From NCBI RefSeq assembly GCF_009834535.1, contig NC_045704.1, forward strand, positions 11,780,001-11,844,000: a DNA stretch of 64,000 nucleotides, written 5' to 3'. Made by a program: the position numbers and the translations under genes. The notes under the pieces were generated by a model. The model was not told the origin of the DNA, did not search any database, and saw nothing but the letters and a program-made list of their open reading frames with translations. The DNA is from Camelus ferus (lineage: Eukaryota). Below, in pieces: positions 41,421 through 53,713 of the stretch. Position 1 is the stretch's first letter. Every line of letters begins with the position of its first letter.

Positions 41421-44400
41421 CCAGAGCGAGTGGCCTGCTGTGCCTCGGACTTTGGGGAAGAACTTCCTGTTTAGCCCCACCAGCAGTCAGGGCTTCCTGT
41501 CCTGCTGTGACTGAAGGTTGGACCCAGAAAGTGGGGCTTCCCGTTTCCCTCTCTCAGCAGAGAAGACTCTACCGGCATTTGTGCAACTAAAGAGATGGGA
41601 TTCCTGGGCTGGGAGAGACACCTGCTGATTTGTCAGTGTGGTTTGCACAACCTTCGAGCAGGAAAAACCTGCAGTGTCTGTGGCAGACTGGCAGGGCTTG
41701 TTGCGTTGCTCTGTGCTGGAGAGGTCGCCCTGCCTCATTCTCTGATAGGATCTTCCTATGTTCTCTTTTGCCTCCAGGCCACACCCCCTCCAGCTTCCAG
41801 AGTCTTCATCTTAGATCAGATCACATCCCTCATCTCTTTAAGCCCTTCTGCGGTTGCCCGTTGCCCTTCAGATATTGTCCAAACTCTTCATCGTGACCTT
41901 CAAAACCTTGCGGTTTGGCCTCTGTCAGCCTCTCTGACCTCCCCTTCCAGAACTTTCATCCTGGCTTCTCTCCACCACACTTTATTTTGCCTCCAGGCCT
42001 TTGCTCCTAGAGTTTACTCTGCCTGGAGCAGCTTTCTTTGCTCTGTCATTTGTTTCTCAAATGTAAAAGTAACCATTACCATTATAGAGGACACTTCCCG
42101 AACCCATGACCCCAACCTACCTGTCACGTGTGAGGTCCCAGAGCCCCTGAACCTCCTGTGCCTTATATGTAAATACATAATTAATTGTTTAACCTCTGAG
42201 TCCCTTTCTAAACTGAGAGCTGCACAAAGGTAGAGACCGTGTCATTATCCCAAGCACTTAACACAGAGTTTGGCACATGGCAGTTCCTCCATAAATATTT
42301 GTTGACGATCAAATGTTTTGGGGCCCGCGAAGGACTGGGCTTGCTGTTGCTTTACCCAGCAGGATTCCTTCCTTTTTCACCTGGGTTTCTCTTTGAAAAT
42401 TTAAGGAGTGCATCAATGAAAATCCTTTTGGCTGCAAGTAACATGGAGGTAAGTGGTTTCAGGCTGGCTCAGCAACTTAGTGACCCCATCAAGTACCTGG
42501 GCTCTTTGCATCCTTCTGCTCTGCCACCCTTGGTGGGTTGGCATGTTGTCTCATGTAGCAAGATGGCTGCTGCAGCCCCAGACATCACATCTTCACACAA
42601 CTGTATCTGACAACAAAAGGAAGGGAGTAGGGTCCCCCTCCCCTTGACCAACTTCATAAATGGGGGGAAAAACTTTCCTGGAAGCCTCACAGCAAACTTC
42701 CTTTATGTCTCATTGACCCTGAATGGGCCACATCACTGCAAGGTGGAGGTCAGGAAACTAAATATCTCAGCCTGTATCATGTGAGGTCATCTGACAGGAA
42801 AGAGGGAGAAAACATATAATAAAGTGTAGGCAACCAGCATCTGTCTTGGGGAAGGATGTGAGGCATTCTGATTAAGGATTGGGATGAAAGATTTGGGCAA
42901 AAGAGCCCTTGAATCCTTTTTTTTTTTTTTTTAATAGACTTTATTCTTTTAGAGCAGTTTCAGGTTCACAGCAGAATTGAGCAGAAAATACAGAGTTCAC
43001 ACATAGCCCTCCCCACTCACACATATATAATTTTAAAAGGTAAGGGCTGGGGTCCTGGGTACCTGGACTCTATATATCTCTTCTATATCAGTTAGAGTTT
43101 TCATTTCCTTTTGGATAACTAGAGACAGAAAACCTACTTTATTGCCTATGTAAGTGCTCGTGGGCATCAGATAAGTTTTGAACCGATTGCTCAAATGATG
43201 TCATCATGGACTCAGTTTCTCTAGACTTTTCACTCTGCATTCCATAGTGTTTCTATCATTCACAGGCTCCACGTGCTGTCTTCCCCACCATTGCTATCCC
43301 CACAGACCCAAGAGCTCTCCATGCGATGGAAAAAAGCAACCTTGCAGATCTAGCCTTCATACCACTGAGCCACATTATCCAGCAGAAGAGCATCTCTTCT
43401 TGTGAATCCACACAGCTCTGATGTCCACTCTGTCATTAGCCTGGCTAGGTCACGTGCCCACCTCTGAACCAGTCACATTGGGAAATGGGCTGTGCCAAGT
43501 GGCTTAAGCCAATCAGGGGCCACTTCTGTAAGTGGGTCAATTCCAAATTTACCAAAGAGAAAGAAGAGGGTAGAAATGATGCAGTGATGCTGGGGAGGCA
43601 CCACCAAGGACCACGACCCCTTGCCCTCCACTCACCCATATCTTAATGACATTGGCACCTGCAGGCAGAGACTTTGGAAAAAGGCGTTTATTGGTGTGGT
43701 GGTCTCAACACTCCCCATGAATCGGAACACACGGCCCCCAGGGCCCCCCGCCCCCTCCCTTGCGTCCCTCCCCCTCCCCTCCCTGTCCCCCGGACCCTGG
43801 GAATGGAAGACAATGTGGGATGGGGCCCACGCCCCCGTCTGAGGTACAGTCACTGCCCCTTGCCCCCCTGCCCCTGCTCTACCCTTTCTCCCTATCCCAA
43901 GCTCTGGGTGGTGTAGTTCAGGGTGGGTGTTTATAGAGGGTCTCCCGGGAGTTGGAGCTGGTAGCCCGGCACCCTGGCCTGGGCTCGGGGTGTCTGTGCG
44001 GCGCCCCTCTCTCCCCCACTTGGTGCGATGCGCTGTGCCAGGGTGGGGTATTCCTACAATCGGAGCTGACGTGACAGCCTCAGAGCCCCTTCTTGACAAC
44101 AGTTGCCCATCCTTGGGGGGAACCGACTGACTACAGGACAGCTGGAGCCAGGGGGCTATTGCTGGTCACAGTCGCTGGTTTTGTGGGTGTGTCTGAATGT
44201 GTGTGAGGGTGGTCAGGTCAACCTTCAGGAGGTTGGGTTGGTGGAGAGGCCAGGGAGTGGTAGACCAGTAAGCCCACACCTGTGGGTTGGCTGCAGGGGC
44301 GCTGAAGGCAGCTGGTTGGCGCTGCAGGTGGCCGAGGGGAGTGGGGCTGAGGAAGGGCAAAGCACTGAGACAGGCAGGTGACAGCAGGCACCAGCCTGAC

Positions 44401-45216
44401 AGTTGGATGGAAGCACCGATTGGCCCAGAAGGGGGCCGAAAGTCCAGGGTGGACAGAGACGGGGAAAGTGGGAAGGTCTCAGGCCGCTGAGCTGGTAATG
44501 GGGCCTCTGGCTACAGGCAGCTGGCGGTTGACAGCAGGGAGGCCCAAAGCCAAGATGGAGATCCCGCAACCCTCTCATAAAGGCTGAATGACAGCTTGAC
44601 AAAGTGATGCCCCTCCCTCCCCTCCCAACCTGCCCAGGAGACAGCCTTTCAACAGGGAGGGGAAGGGGCGGTGTGCGTGCATATATTGGGAAAGGAGGGA
44701 GCCTGGAAAACCTCTCCTCACGGCTTCTACCACGAAGCCCCCATACCTACCTCCAGCCAGAGTGGGAGACAGCAGGGACGGGGGCAGTGGATGTGGGGGT
44801 GTTGGGGAAGGAAGAGTGCTGCGCCCCCTTCCGCACCCACCCATCCGTCCACACACGCCCGCATGCGCGCACACACACGTGCAGGCTTACGCTCACACAC
44901 ACCCACTACACACGCACGATCCAGTTGACAGCCTGAGCTAAGAGAGGGGTGTGGGGTGGCCAGGGGTGAGTCACAATCGGAAAGGTGAACAGTGGCGAGA
45001 ATGGCTGTAGAAAGATGCATAATTTTGCGTTATCCCTCACAGTGATGGGTTCTCTAAAGATCTTTCCTCCTCCCCTTCCTCTTCCTTTTCCTCTCTTCTT
45101 CCTCAGTGGCCGAGAGCTCTTCTGTTTCCTCGAGACCCACAGCGCTTGTTCCCCCTTTTCCTCTCGCTCTCGGCCGCAGGCCCCCCGCAGGGGGAGGCGA
45201 GCTGCACCGGTTCTCC

Positions 45217-48200
45217 CTACATCCTCCACCACAGCCAGCCCAGGGCGGAGAGGAGGATCAGGGGCCCTGGGGGCCTCGGGGCCGAGTTCTCCAGGGATCC
45301 TGGGCCTGGGGGGAGAAAGAGGGTCAGGGGAGGAGGCCCGGAGAGGGGAAACCCCATGTGTGTCTCTCCCAGGAGTCTTGTCTCTGCTTTGGTCTCCGAG
45401 GGTCTTGTCTGAGGCTGCCTCCTAGGGAACTTTCTGGGCTTCCCACTCAGTGTTTCAGTCTTAGCATCTGTGATCCCTGTTCCTTCTGCCCGCAGACCTC
45501 CTCCCGCAGATCTTGGTAGGGCTGGCTTCCTCTGACCATTGAGATCTCAGTTCAGATATCAGCCCCTCCAGGAAGCTTTCTCTGATGATCTGATCTAATG
45601 CTACCACCCCCAATCCTATTACTTATTTTTTTCGTAGCCCTTATGGATATTTAAAATTATTTTTGCTTAGTTACGTGTTTATAGATTTGTTTGCTTTTAA
45701 TTTTATTTGTGTCTACTTGTTTATTGCTGTTCTACTGCTGCTGGACAGCAAGCTCTGCGAGTCCCCAGAGCTCGCCTCTTTTGTGCATTGCTGGGTCCCT
45801 AGCACCCAACGCCCAGCCCTAGGTGGGCGCTCAGTGAATATCGATAGAGGGATAGGCTTCTTGCTCAGTCGCACTGCTTCTGAGTCTCAGCACGCGTATC
45901 TTTCCTAAGTTCGAGGACATTCTCGGGGCGGTCTCTGCATCTCCACCTCCCTGGCCCCGCCCATTCAGCTCCCGCCCCGCCCACGCCTCCCCGGCCCCGC
46001 CCCGCCCGCCGCTCAGGGACGCACGCAGGAGCCGCATGGAGGCGCTGGACATTCCCAGCCGGTTGGCTGCGCGACACGTGTAGTTGCCGTAATGCCGGGC
46101 GCTCACGTTGGCGAAGAGAAGCATCGAGCGGGTGCGCTCCGTCTGCACCTTCAGGCCCTCGGCCGTGCCACTGCTCAGCCTGCCAGGGACCCGGGTCAGG
46201 GACCAGGCCGCAGGACCCGGCCTGGGACCCACTCGAGGCGGAGAGACCAGCCCTGCACCCGCATCCGCGACCATCAGGCTCCCCAGTTCCCAATTCCCTG
46301 AAGACCCTGCATTCTGTCCCCTACCCCAGCGATCTCTAGCCTCCTGTTCTAGCTCCCCATGGATCACGGGCCACTCCCACCGACGCCCTTCTCCAGGCAC
46401 CGCAGTCCCTCAGGGACATTGGACTCTCCCAGTGTGTGACCCCCCAACCTCTAGGTCTAGGGGTTCCCAGGCCACGCTGGACCCGGGTCCCAAGGGTCCC
46501 CTAAAGCTTCTCGGCCAGATCCTCAACAGCAACCCCTGACCCCAGACCTTCTTCCTGAATAGCCGGAGGAGACTGGGCTCCAACATTTATCATCTTGGGA
46601 CCCCAAATTTTTAGTAAGTCACCCCAGTCTCCCGGTGCCCAGTGGACCCCAAGACCTAGAAACTAGACCCCCAGGTCTCAGGACCCAGTACTCTGCTCCC
46701 TCTGCCCCATTCCCTGCAGTCCAAAGAACTGAGGGCCCCACCACCACCATCCCCACGGCCCGCCCCGGTGCTGTCCTCACAGTCGGTCATCCTTGTACCA
46801 CTGGAAATCCGCTGGAGGCACGGCCATGGCTTCGCAGCGCAGGAGGGCGGCCCGGCCTAGGGCCGTTCGGGCGCTGGTCACGTCCGTGATGGTCGGAGGA
46901 TCTGGAGGGGGACCAGGGTCACCGAATTCTCCTAGCCCAGTGGGGACGAAAAGGTCTCGCCCCCAGTCCCCTCCTCCGTCTTTCCCAGGAGTCCAGATCT
47001 CCAACCCCCTCCTTAGGCCAAACCCTTTCCTCCCTTAGACCCACCCCACCCCCTTCCTTCTCTCTCATATCCTTCATCCCCAGGGACCCAGGGCCCCCCC
47101 CCTTTGGTGCCCAGTGCCCGGGGGTGGGATGGAGGGGGCCTCACAGTTGACTGTAACCAGCACGCGGCGACTGTCGGGTGCAGAGTTCACCCCGTTGTGA
47201 GTCACGCACTCGTATTCTCCGGCTTGGCCCCGTTGGATGTCGGAAATCTCAAGGATCTCCCCCTCGGAGGTGAAGCCGTCTGTTGAGGGAGGGAAGGGGA
47301 GGGGCAGGGCCAGACACAAACACTTAACACGGGACAACACGGGCACAACACGGACACACATCAGCGGGGCGGACACCGCAGGGCCTGGAGTGCCCGGCTC
47401 AGTAGGAGTGGGGAGGGGGCTAGCGGGGCCCAGGATCTCCTGGTAGGGGTGGGGCAGAGTGTGGGGATCTGGGGCCAAGTAACTAGAACCCAGTGGTGAG
47501 GGTCATAGAACTTGGGGAGCTCAGGGGATTCAGTGATCTGGGAGTCCATAACTCAGATCATGGGGCTCACAGGACCCAGTGGGGAGGATCCTAGGATCTT
47601 GAAGCTCAGAAAGATTCAGAAAGATCCAGAAAATACAGACCCAATGGGGGAGGCTCTAGAGTTCTGTGATCTAGCTCTTGGGGTCCAAGGAATCAGGATC
47701 TGGTGACTGGGGACAGCAATCCAGATATCTGGGGTCTTATGCCAGAGCACTGGCTCAGATGACCCTTCGAGACTCAGAACATCCAGGGAACCAGGATATC
47801 AAGACCAGGACCTTGGGGCTTACGTGAACTGGTAGGCGAGGATCCAGGGATCTGAAACCTAGTTATTGGGTTCTGGGTCCCAGAGGATCTAGTGATTGGC
47901 ACGGTTGGTCTCCAAAGACCCTGTGAGTGAGGATTTAGGGATCTGGGAACTAGTGGTGGAGATCCAGGTAAAAGGGGCGATGGATGATGGCACTGTTTTG
48001 GGACAGCTGTGGTTCTCAGCTCTACCATAAGAATTATTCAAAGGGCTTACTAAAACAGATTGTGGTGGTGGTGGTGGGGTTCTGACTCATTAAGCTGGGG
48101 ATGGGCCCAAGATGTGCATTTCCGGCAGGTTTCCAGGTGATGCCAGTCTGGGGACCACACTTTGAGAACTGCTGCTCTAAAGGCATCCAGTAGAGGTGTA

Positions 48201-50982
48201 GTGATGTGAGCAGGAGAGGAGACCGTGGGCCAGGGCTGTAGGCTCTGGCCACCTAGTAGGTAGGGGTCTGAGTCCAGGAGAATCCTGTGAACTGGTGGGG
48301 AAGAGACTGGAGATACTGGGGACAGGGATGCGTGGCAAGCTGGGATCTCGCAGGCGATTTGGAGGAAATCATCCAGGCCTGGGATGGCAAGTGGGGACGG
48401 CTCTAAGGTTCTGGGGGGCTGCGGGTGAAATAACAGGACCAGGGTGGGAGGAGAAAACCCGTCGTCACCAGAGTTGGGGAGGGATCAAGAGAGAGGGATA
48501 ACTGGGGGCCCAGCTGGTGGAGAAGGGGAAGAGGCTCTCGGCCAGGGGTGGGTCCTCACCTCGGAGCTGCCTCCAGGTGACCGTGGGCTCCGGCCGCCCC
48601 ACAGCCAGGCAGAGCAGGTTCACATTGCTCCCCTCATTCACCGTCACGGGCGAAGAGATATTCACGATGCGGGCGGGGACTGCAGGGAAGGTGAGTGAGA
48701 GGCTGGGTGTGGGCCCCGGGACCCAGGATCCAGGCCCCAGCCCCTCCTCCCCCCGACCCGGGAGTCCCCGGCACTTCCTGTCTTTCTGTAAGATTCCCTC
48801 TGTGTCCTCCCTTCCCTCTGGGCCTGGCTCCTTCTCCAGCTGCTGCTCCTGTGTTTTCCTCTCTCTTTCTCAGTCTCTTGTCTTTCTCCACCTTCCTCCT
48901 AACTTGGTTTCTCTCTTCTATCTTCTGGCCTGAAGTCCTCCTTTCCAGTCTCTATTTGCATTTATGTATTAATTATTATTTTTTTAAAAAATCACTAAAA
49001 TTAATTTATTTAATTAATGCTTATATTCTGCTTCTGGGTGTAAGCTCACCCTGTTCTAAGTGTTTTATAAAGATTAACTTGTTAAACCACCCCTCTGGGG
49101 TAGACATTGCTATAGTCATCAATTCTAACACAGGGGGGTGTTCTCCACCTCGACCCCCTGTCCCATTTGAAGATTTCTCCCATCAGGAAGGCCTTACGAG
49201 GTAGGACACCAGAATTTAATAGGCAGGTTTTTCCCCCTCTTCCAGCAGGGTATAAAATAAAGGTGCCCCTTCCAACTGACGATGTCTTGGATTTGATACA
49301 TGACAACGTCATCTCTGTTTTGCAGATGAGGCGTCTGAGTCAGTCCGGCTTGCTCAAGGTCCCTCAGCCGGTGGGTGGTAGCGGCGAGGTTGGAAACCAG
49401 GGGATCTGGCTCCCAAGTCAGGGCTGGTCGTGGCCCTGCTGGGCTGTCTCTGGGGTCCTGTCTCTCCAAGTGCTCCCTGTCCTCCAGACCACCACTGATG
49501 CCATGCGAAGCAGCCCCCTGCCCCCTCCATGGATCTCTCCAGCCCCACCTCTCCTGCTCTGAATTCTGCTGCATCTGATCTGGCACGTGCTGTTCCTTTT
49601 CTGGGACCAGCCCTGCACCCAGCTGAAGGTCTCAGCTCAGACATTATGTCTGGGAAGCCACCTCTCCTTGAAAAGACACCTCCAGAGGGGCAGCGACAGC
49701 CTGCCTGGCTCCTTCTCTGTCCCCAGTGCGTGGAGCAAAATGCCTGCACATAGTAGGTGCTCAATAAACAGGGCTGAGAGAATGGATGCGGTCTTCCTCC
49801 GCATGCCCCCTCGCCCCCATCGCTCTCCTGCACTAGAAGCTGTCCATGACTTCCCCTTCCTCTGCTTGGCTGGAATCTGTGAGGGAGGATGTGTGTCTGC
49901 CTTCCCACGGCTGCATCCCTGGGATCTGCGAGGACATGAGGGTCCCCTCTCCCCTGCATCCGCCACCTGCTTTCCCCTCCGTGACTCTCTGGGGCCCCAG
50001 CCGAGGGCTCACCGTGGACGATGAGGTAGACCTGAGTGGTGTACGGCTGGTGGCGGGTCTGGAAGGAGCAGGTGTAGAGGCCCTCATCGCCCAGCCCCAC
50101 CTGGGTGATGAGGATGGAGAACTCCTCCGGCGTGTTGGTGAGCAGCCGCACCCGTGGGTCGCTGGTCCAGCGATCGTTGCCCGCGTACAGGATGTTGGAG
50201 CGGTTCAGCCAGGCCACTCGGGTCACATGCTCATCGATGAAGCAGCTGGCGGGGAGGACAAGGGCAGGGCGGTTCTTCCCTCCCCCACACCTGCCTGGCC
50301 CTCCAGGGTCCCCCATCTCAGGGGCTTGGAGTTGGGGGAGAGGAAGGCCTGTCGCATCTCCAGTTCCCATGGCAGTCCTCGAAGGCAGGGGTGACTGTGC
50401 CCACTTTCCAGGCGGGCAAACTGAACCTCAGGGATGGACAGTTGTGAGCTCGTGTACAACAGAATAGCAGCTGATGGTTATTGAGTGATTGTTGTGTGTC
50501 AGAGAAGAGAGGGGAGAGAAAGTCTGGGGGAGAGGGACAGAGATGCAGAGTGATGAGGAACCCAGAGACAGAAGGACAGAGACCCGGGGGTGGGGGGGGG
50601 ACAGGGACCCAGAGTGGGGAGGGGCCGAGCCTGGGACAACGTGATCCTGGCTCTCACAGTGGGCCACGCTGTCTGAGCTCAGGGTGTGTGCATAGACTTG
50701 AATCTTCACAACAACTCACTCGGTGGTGACCATTCTCCTGCCCATTTGACAGATGGGGACACTGAGGCCCATGGGTGGAGGTGGGCCCAGAGTTTCTGCC
50801 CCAATGGCCTCTCTCCGGATGGGGGAGGTATGGGCTGTGCCTGCAAGTCAGGACCATTTACCCCTAAGAAAGGTGAGGGGGCAGCCCCCTCTGAGTCCCG
50901 TACCTGAGGGTGGCGTTGTCACCTTCACACACCGTGTAGTTGTCTGCTGGCGAGCTGAACTCCAGGCTCTGGGAGAGCAGCC
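45217..50982 (-). CDS. IGLON5: IgLON family member 5 (three Ig domains, GPI-anchor signal); exons 2-8 visible, exon 1 in N gap
   Basis: Minus-strand exons 50904-50982, 50013-50245, 48560-48679, 47145-47279, 46781-46901, 46025-46179, 45217-45305 ([43 protein letters not shown]...[10 protein letters not shown]). The missing ~79-nt coding exon 1 is expected in GC-rich gap 59131-59421. Minus-strand AATAAA at 43687-43692. Confidence 0.96.
48020..48185. mobile_element. MER5A-like hAT-Charlie remnant
   Basis: ATGTGCATTTC..GCAGGTTTCCAGGTGATGC...GGGACCACACTTTGAGAACTGCTGCTCTA. Confidence 0.7.
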
Positions 50983-51017
50983 CTGCAGAAGGGGGAGTGG
51001 CTCAGCTCAGCAGGGAC

Positions 51018-51020
<3 letters not shown>

Positions 51021-51060
<40 letters not shown>
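51021..51060 (+). repeat. (AC)20 microsatellite
   Basis: Perfect 40-bp AC run just upstream (in transcript sense) of the IGLON5 exon 2 acceptor. Confidence 0.98.
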
Positions 51061-51062
<2 letters not shown>

Positions 51063-51084
51063 GCACACATGTTCACTTATGTTT

Positions 51085-51228
51085 CTCTTTCTGTTTTTTT
51101 TGGGGGGGAAGGTAATTAAGATTATTAATTAATTTATTTATTCTTTTTGATGGAGGGACTGGGGGTTGAACCCAGGACCTCGGGCATGCTAAGTATGCGC
51201 TCTACCACTGAGCTATACCCTCCCCCCA
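51085..51228 (-). mobile_element. Vic-1-like SINE
   Basis: Reverse-complement tRNA-Ala-like head at ~51153-51225 with AT-rich tail. Confidence 0.85.
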
Positions 51229-51634
51229 CCCCCCGATGCTTCCGGAGATGCACACAGCAGACACACTCAGAGCCAACACACGCAACCAGTACCTTCCCAC
51301 AAGCCTACACCGCCCAGACACACAAACCTACATTCCTCCAGAGACACGGAGACAACAGCCAACCCCAGCACACAAGCACAAGTGTGTGTGCGCACTGACA
51401 CAAGAGCACCAGTACTCAATGCACGCATTCACAGAGGCTGTGTACAGACACCCACACCGACGGATGCACAGATTCACAATTACAGAAATGCAAAGGCACA
51501 CATGCACACAGATACACACAGACAGATACACATGGACACCGACACACCCGCACATGGGAACACACGGGCACACACAGACATGTTCACAAGTAGTGTACAG
51601 ACACACACACACACAGATTCAAGAATCCACAGAT

Positions 51635-51759
51635 GGGGAGGAGGGCAGGGCTCAGTGGTAGAGCGCGTGCTTAGCATGGACCAGGTCTTGGGTTTCATCC
51701 CAGTACCTCCATTAACAAATAAATAAACTTAATGACCTCCCCCACTAAAAATAAAAAAA
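51635..51759 (+). mobile_element. Vic-1-like SINE
   Basis: tRNA-Ala-like head; approximate TSD AATC(C/T)ACAGAT at 51624-51634 and 51760-51770. Confidence 0.85.
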
Positions 51760-53579
51760 AATCTACAGATAGGTACACATATGAAGATACACACGTATAC
51801 ACGCACAGATACACACGTAGACGGGCGCACACACATGTATTCAGACTCATGGGTATGTAGGTACCTATATACACAGACACATGTACGTGTGTAACAGACA
51901 TGTGCACTCTGTACACACATTATAGGCCTGAATTCAGAAATACATGGAAAGACACGCAGCGCCAGCGGCTCGCAGATACTCAACACACACATATGTCTAC
52001 ACAGACCTACAGACACACGTATGCAAGCACGCGCAGGAACACAGATGTCTGCGTACATCCACGCAGACACACGTCTATCACAGACGCACAGTCTGCCCTT
52101 GGGCCTGGTGTACAGCCGCACGCAAGCCTCCGCAGACCCCCGCGTCTACGCAGACACCCCGGTGTGCCCATGCCCAGCGGGGCACGCTCTGGCGGGCGCC
52201 TGCCCACGCCTGCCTGCGCACCCCAGCGCCTGGCAGAGCCCCCACCCCCACCCATTCATCTCTCTGTGGACCGTGGCCAGCGGCTGGACCGGGGCCAGGG
52301 AGTGGGGGCTGGGCACGCAGAGGCAGCGGATGGAGACAGCATCAGGAGGGGGAGAGGCGGCGGAGGCCAGGTGACCTTGGGCGCCTGGGGAGGGAGGGCC
52401 CCATCCAGGGCTGCCCTGGTGCCCCGCCCCAGGATGAGGAGCTAATTAATCTAATGAATTAATTGCCCGTGCCGCCCCAATGACTCCCGGAGGCCCTCTC
52501 CATCAGCAGCTCCACAGGACGGGGCGGGGGCAGAGCCAGTGCAGTGGGCTCGCCAGGCCCTGGGGTTGGGGGCCGGGCCCTGCAGCCGGGCCAGAGTCCC
52601 TCCTGCGCTTTGAAGAGCCCTGGAGGTGGGGAAGGAACTCGCTCTCCCTGCGCTGTGCGGAGGGGGGATGACACACACACCCCGGTAANNNNNNNNNNNN
52701 NNNNNNNNNNNNNNNNNNNNNNNNNNNNNNNNNNNNNNNNNNNNNNNNNNNNNNNNNNNNNNNNNNNNNNNNNNNNNNNNNNNNNNNNNNNNNNNNNNNN
52801 NNNNNNNNNNNNNNNNNATGCACTGAGCCAGCCCCAGGGTCAGGAAATAGTCCCACAAGCAGTCACAGGAACCGGGTAGGGCCTGCTCGGAGGGACAGGA
52901 GCACACACTCTGAGGCGCACAGCCGGAGACACACACCCAGCAGAAGGTCAGTTAGAAAGGACAGCTCTCTCCCAGAAGCACTCCTATCAGCCACAGGAGG
53001 GGCAGCTCCAGGCCCAGCCGCCATTGCATCCTGACTCGACCCACCATATATAACCGATCCACACGGTTACACGGACACCAGCAGCCCCCCACGCGCAGGT
53101 GCAAAGTCTACACACGGTTACGCGCGCGCACACACACGTTGGCCTAATCAGTCACAGTGACACTACCAGCCCAGGAGCCATACTCGTCCCCACCCCCTCC
53201 CTCTGGAAAGTCATGCAGGAAGCTCCAGGTTGTGTAATGGAACAGTGACAGGGGCAGAGCCTCTCAAATACAAAGGCGCCGCCGCCCTGGGCCAAGAATC
53301 CGGCGCATGCAGGCATGCTGTCACCGACGATCAGATCACACACAGCCATAGCCACATTCACACACACATACACACACGCCCCACAGTATTTGTCATACTC
53401 TTGGTCACACACATCCCAGACCAAGGTGTCTCCATCTCTGCACCACTGACACTTGGGGCCGGGTGATTCTACTTTGTGGGGTCGTCTTGTGCAGTGTTAG
53501 GATGTTTGGCAGCATCCATGGCCTCCACCCTCTAGATGCCAGTAGCTCCCCCAACCCAAAATGCCTCTGGACGGGGGTG

Positions 53580-53713
53580 GGGGGGGTGGGGTAGGTATAG
53601 CTGCGTGGTAGAGGGCGTGCTTAGCATTCACGAGGTCCTGGGTGCAATCCCCAGTGCCTCCATTAAAATAAATAAGTAAATAAATAAATAAACCTAATTA
53701 CCTCCCCACCCCC
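53580..53713 (+). mobile_element. Vic-1-like SINE inserted into a MER20-like DNA transposon
   Basis: SINE head and tail flanked by the two parts of a MER20-like element (~53415-53572 and ~53714-53755). Confidence 0.8.

Noticed and set aside
46765-46791. Second RE1-like half-site (GGACAGCACC on minus)
   Set aside because: The left half is absent, and the match overlaps the IGLON5 exon 6 donor, which explains the sequence.
51236-52462. His/Thr-rich and Cys/Val-rich ORFs
   Set aside because: They are translations of CA/TG low-complexity sequence in IGLON5 intron 1.
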